This document shows, one piece after another, positions 34,851-36,456 of a stretch of 36,456 bases of DNA. A program made the position numbers and the translations under genes. Numbering within the stretch: the first letter of the stretch is position 1; each line of letters begins with the position of its first letter. The DNA is taken from the NCBI RefSeq assembly GCF_001194135.2, contig NC_068993.1, positions 44,067,844-44,104,299 on the forward strand. Reading direction: 5' to 3'. The DNA is from Octopus bimaculoides. Its lineage: Eukaryota. The notes under the pieces are model-generated. The model ran no database searches. It worked only from the letters and a program-made list of their open reading frames with translations, and was not told the origin of the DNA.

Positions 34851-35329
34851 TTCACGCATACATGCATGCACACATACATACATACATACATACATACATA
34901 CATACATACGAGGCACTGGGATGTGTACCACATTGCCTAAGTACCAATCTTGAGAAAATAGGCTTCTCAAAAGGTGAAAACTGATTCGAAGAGTACAAAT
35001 CCAGGCCATAACTGGAACTGTAAAAATTTGTAAAACTTTCCAGAAGTTTATCATTTAAGTATATATGCGCATGTCTAGATATGCAACTATATGCAACTAT
35101 ATGCAACTATATGCATGAGAATACAAACATAAAACAAAACATACAAATCTGCACATACAGTGGCTCCAAATACTGCACTTATACACACATACATGCAAAA
35201 ATATCTTGTTGATGTTGTTGAAATTCCAAGAAGCCTCGGGTCTAGGTTAGATACCAGCTTTTTCTCTATTGACAAGAAATCTTGATATGAAACTGAATAA
35301 TGACATACATACATACATACATTTTTTGT

Positions 35330-35690
35330 TGGCACTCGATGGTTCCAGTTGATTCGATCAACGGAACAGCCTGCTCGTGAAATTAACGTGCAAGCGACTG
35401 AGCACTCCACAGACACGTGTACCCTTAACGTAGTTCTCGGGGATATTCAGCGTGACACAGTGTGACAAGGCTGACCCTTTGAATTACAGGCACAACAGAA
35501 ATAGGAAGTAAGAGTGAGAGAAAGTTGTGGTGGAAAAGTACAGCAGGGTTCGCCACCATCCCCTGCCGGAGCCTCGTGGAGCTTTAGGTGTCTTCGCTCA
35601 ATAAACACTCACAACGCCCGGTCTGGGAATCGAAACCGCGATCCTATGACCGCGAGTCCGCTGCCCTAACCCCTGGGCCATTGCGCCTCC
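35330..35690 (-). mobile_element. tRNA-derived SINE family B, inserted in (CATA)n
   Basis: Head GGAGGCGCAATGGCCCAGGGGTTAGGGCAGCGGACTCGCGGTCATAGGATCGCGGTTTCGATTCCC. (CATA)n lies on both flanks. Confidence 0.85.
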
Positions 35691-35799
35691 ACTCATACAT
35701 ACATACATACATACATACATACATACATACATACACGCACCCATACACAGAGGCCTCTTCGATATCCTCTTCAATTTCCGCAACAAAGGAAATGCCGAG

Positions 35800-35960
35800 A
35801 ATATAATACTGTTCAGTCTTCACAGTTGGTCCCTTTCCATGGCAAAATCATCTGATAATGACAAACGGCTTTATTTTTGTTTCAAAAGACTGTCCAGTTT
35901 GATATATTTGATCTTCGCAAAGTATTAATATATCTACTCACAATCCTTTTGAATGTAAAA
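35800..35960 (-). mobile_element. Possible Penelope-like GIY-YIG endonuclease remnant
   Basis: DILILCEDQIYQTGQSFETKIKP resembles C..C...YIGQTGRSF.TR.KEH. Degenerate. Confidence 0.3.
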
Positions 35961-36408
35961 TGATTCAGCTGAGAGATAGTGTTCTTGGAATTAGCCATTC
36001 ACATTTTCATATTTTTCTGAAATATGATCGCTATGGCCAAATAATAAATAACTGAGAACAATGAACGATGTTTGTCTATTGTGCCAGTGTTTCTATTTTT
36101 GACAATAACTCACTACAGATTTGCTTCAATATAAGCTTAGAAAATTATTAATTTAAGTTTACCTCTGAGTGAACAATTCCAGATAATTTAATGTTGAAGC
36201 ACATAATTACTGATCTAACTGCCATATTGATCTTACAGCTATCGTTGTTTTGCTTTCTTAAGCAAGATACATAATGCGTGCTAGCTGGCTTCATTGAGCA
36301 AGGATAAGATCTACCGATTCTTTAGAGTTGAGTAGCAGTAGAGAGAGTCTTCATGAGAGAAAAGTGAAAATGATTGTAAAACAACTCACGCATGCAGACA
36401 CACACACA

Positions 36409-36456
<48 letters not shown>

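Noticed and set aside
35078-35115. (ATATGCAACT)x3 tandem repeat
   Set aside because: A real but trivial slippage repeat with no supporting context.
35620-35690. tRNA gene on the minus strand
   Set aside because: A and B boxes are present, but the sequence continues into a ~290-bp body shared with 28690-29040. It is a SINE head, not a tRNA.
30659-36456. DHDH exon 3
   Set aside because: No AG-preceded frame with the expected YIG/H/LCEKP residues was found. It probably lies beyond the window or in the 32454-32615 gap.

Overview
AT-rich, microsatellite-dense eukaryotic (animal) genomic DNA with 11 N-gaps. The SINE and microsatellite landscape resembles an octopus/coleoid cephalopod draft assembly; this is pattern recognition, not proven. 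The only host gene I can support is a DHDH-like Gfo/Idh/MocA oxidoreductase on the + strand. Two of its coding exons are here (22751-22834 and 30547-30658, GT-AG, 7.7 kb intron); exon 3 was not found in the window. Almost everything else is decayed transposable element sequence: three mariner copies, a Tc1 fragment, a pogo/Tigger fragment, a CR1/L2-type RT fragment, two R4/Dong-like fragments (RT and RLE), two or three Tx1/L1-like ORF2 C-termini, weak Gypsy and Penelope remnants, and about 25 copies of three SINE families. Most ORFs in the supplied track are microsatellite or N-gap artefacts. The most interesting signals are: (1) a 3' tail with an alternative-register stem-loop shared by the commonest SINE and the Tx1-like LINE, suggesting a SINE/LINE partner pair; (2) a minimal type I hammerhead-ribozyme-like fold; (3) two long foldback (palindromic) elements; (4) a probable dimeric SINE carrying two different tails. 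I see no CRISPR, rRNA or intact tRNA, and no clear evidence of a new protein-coding system.
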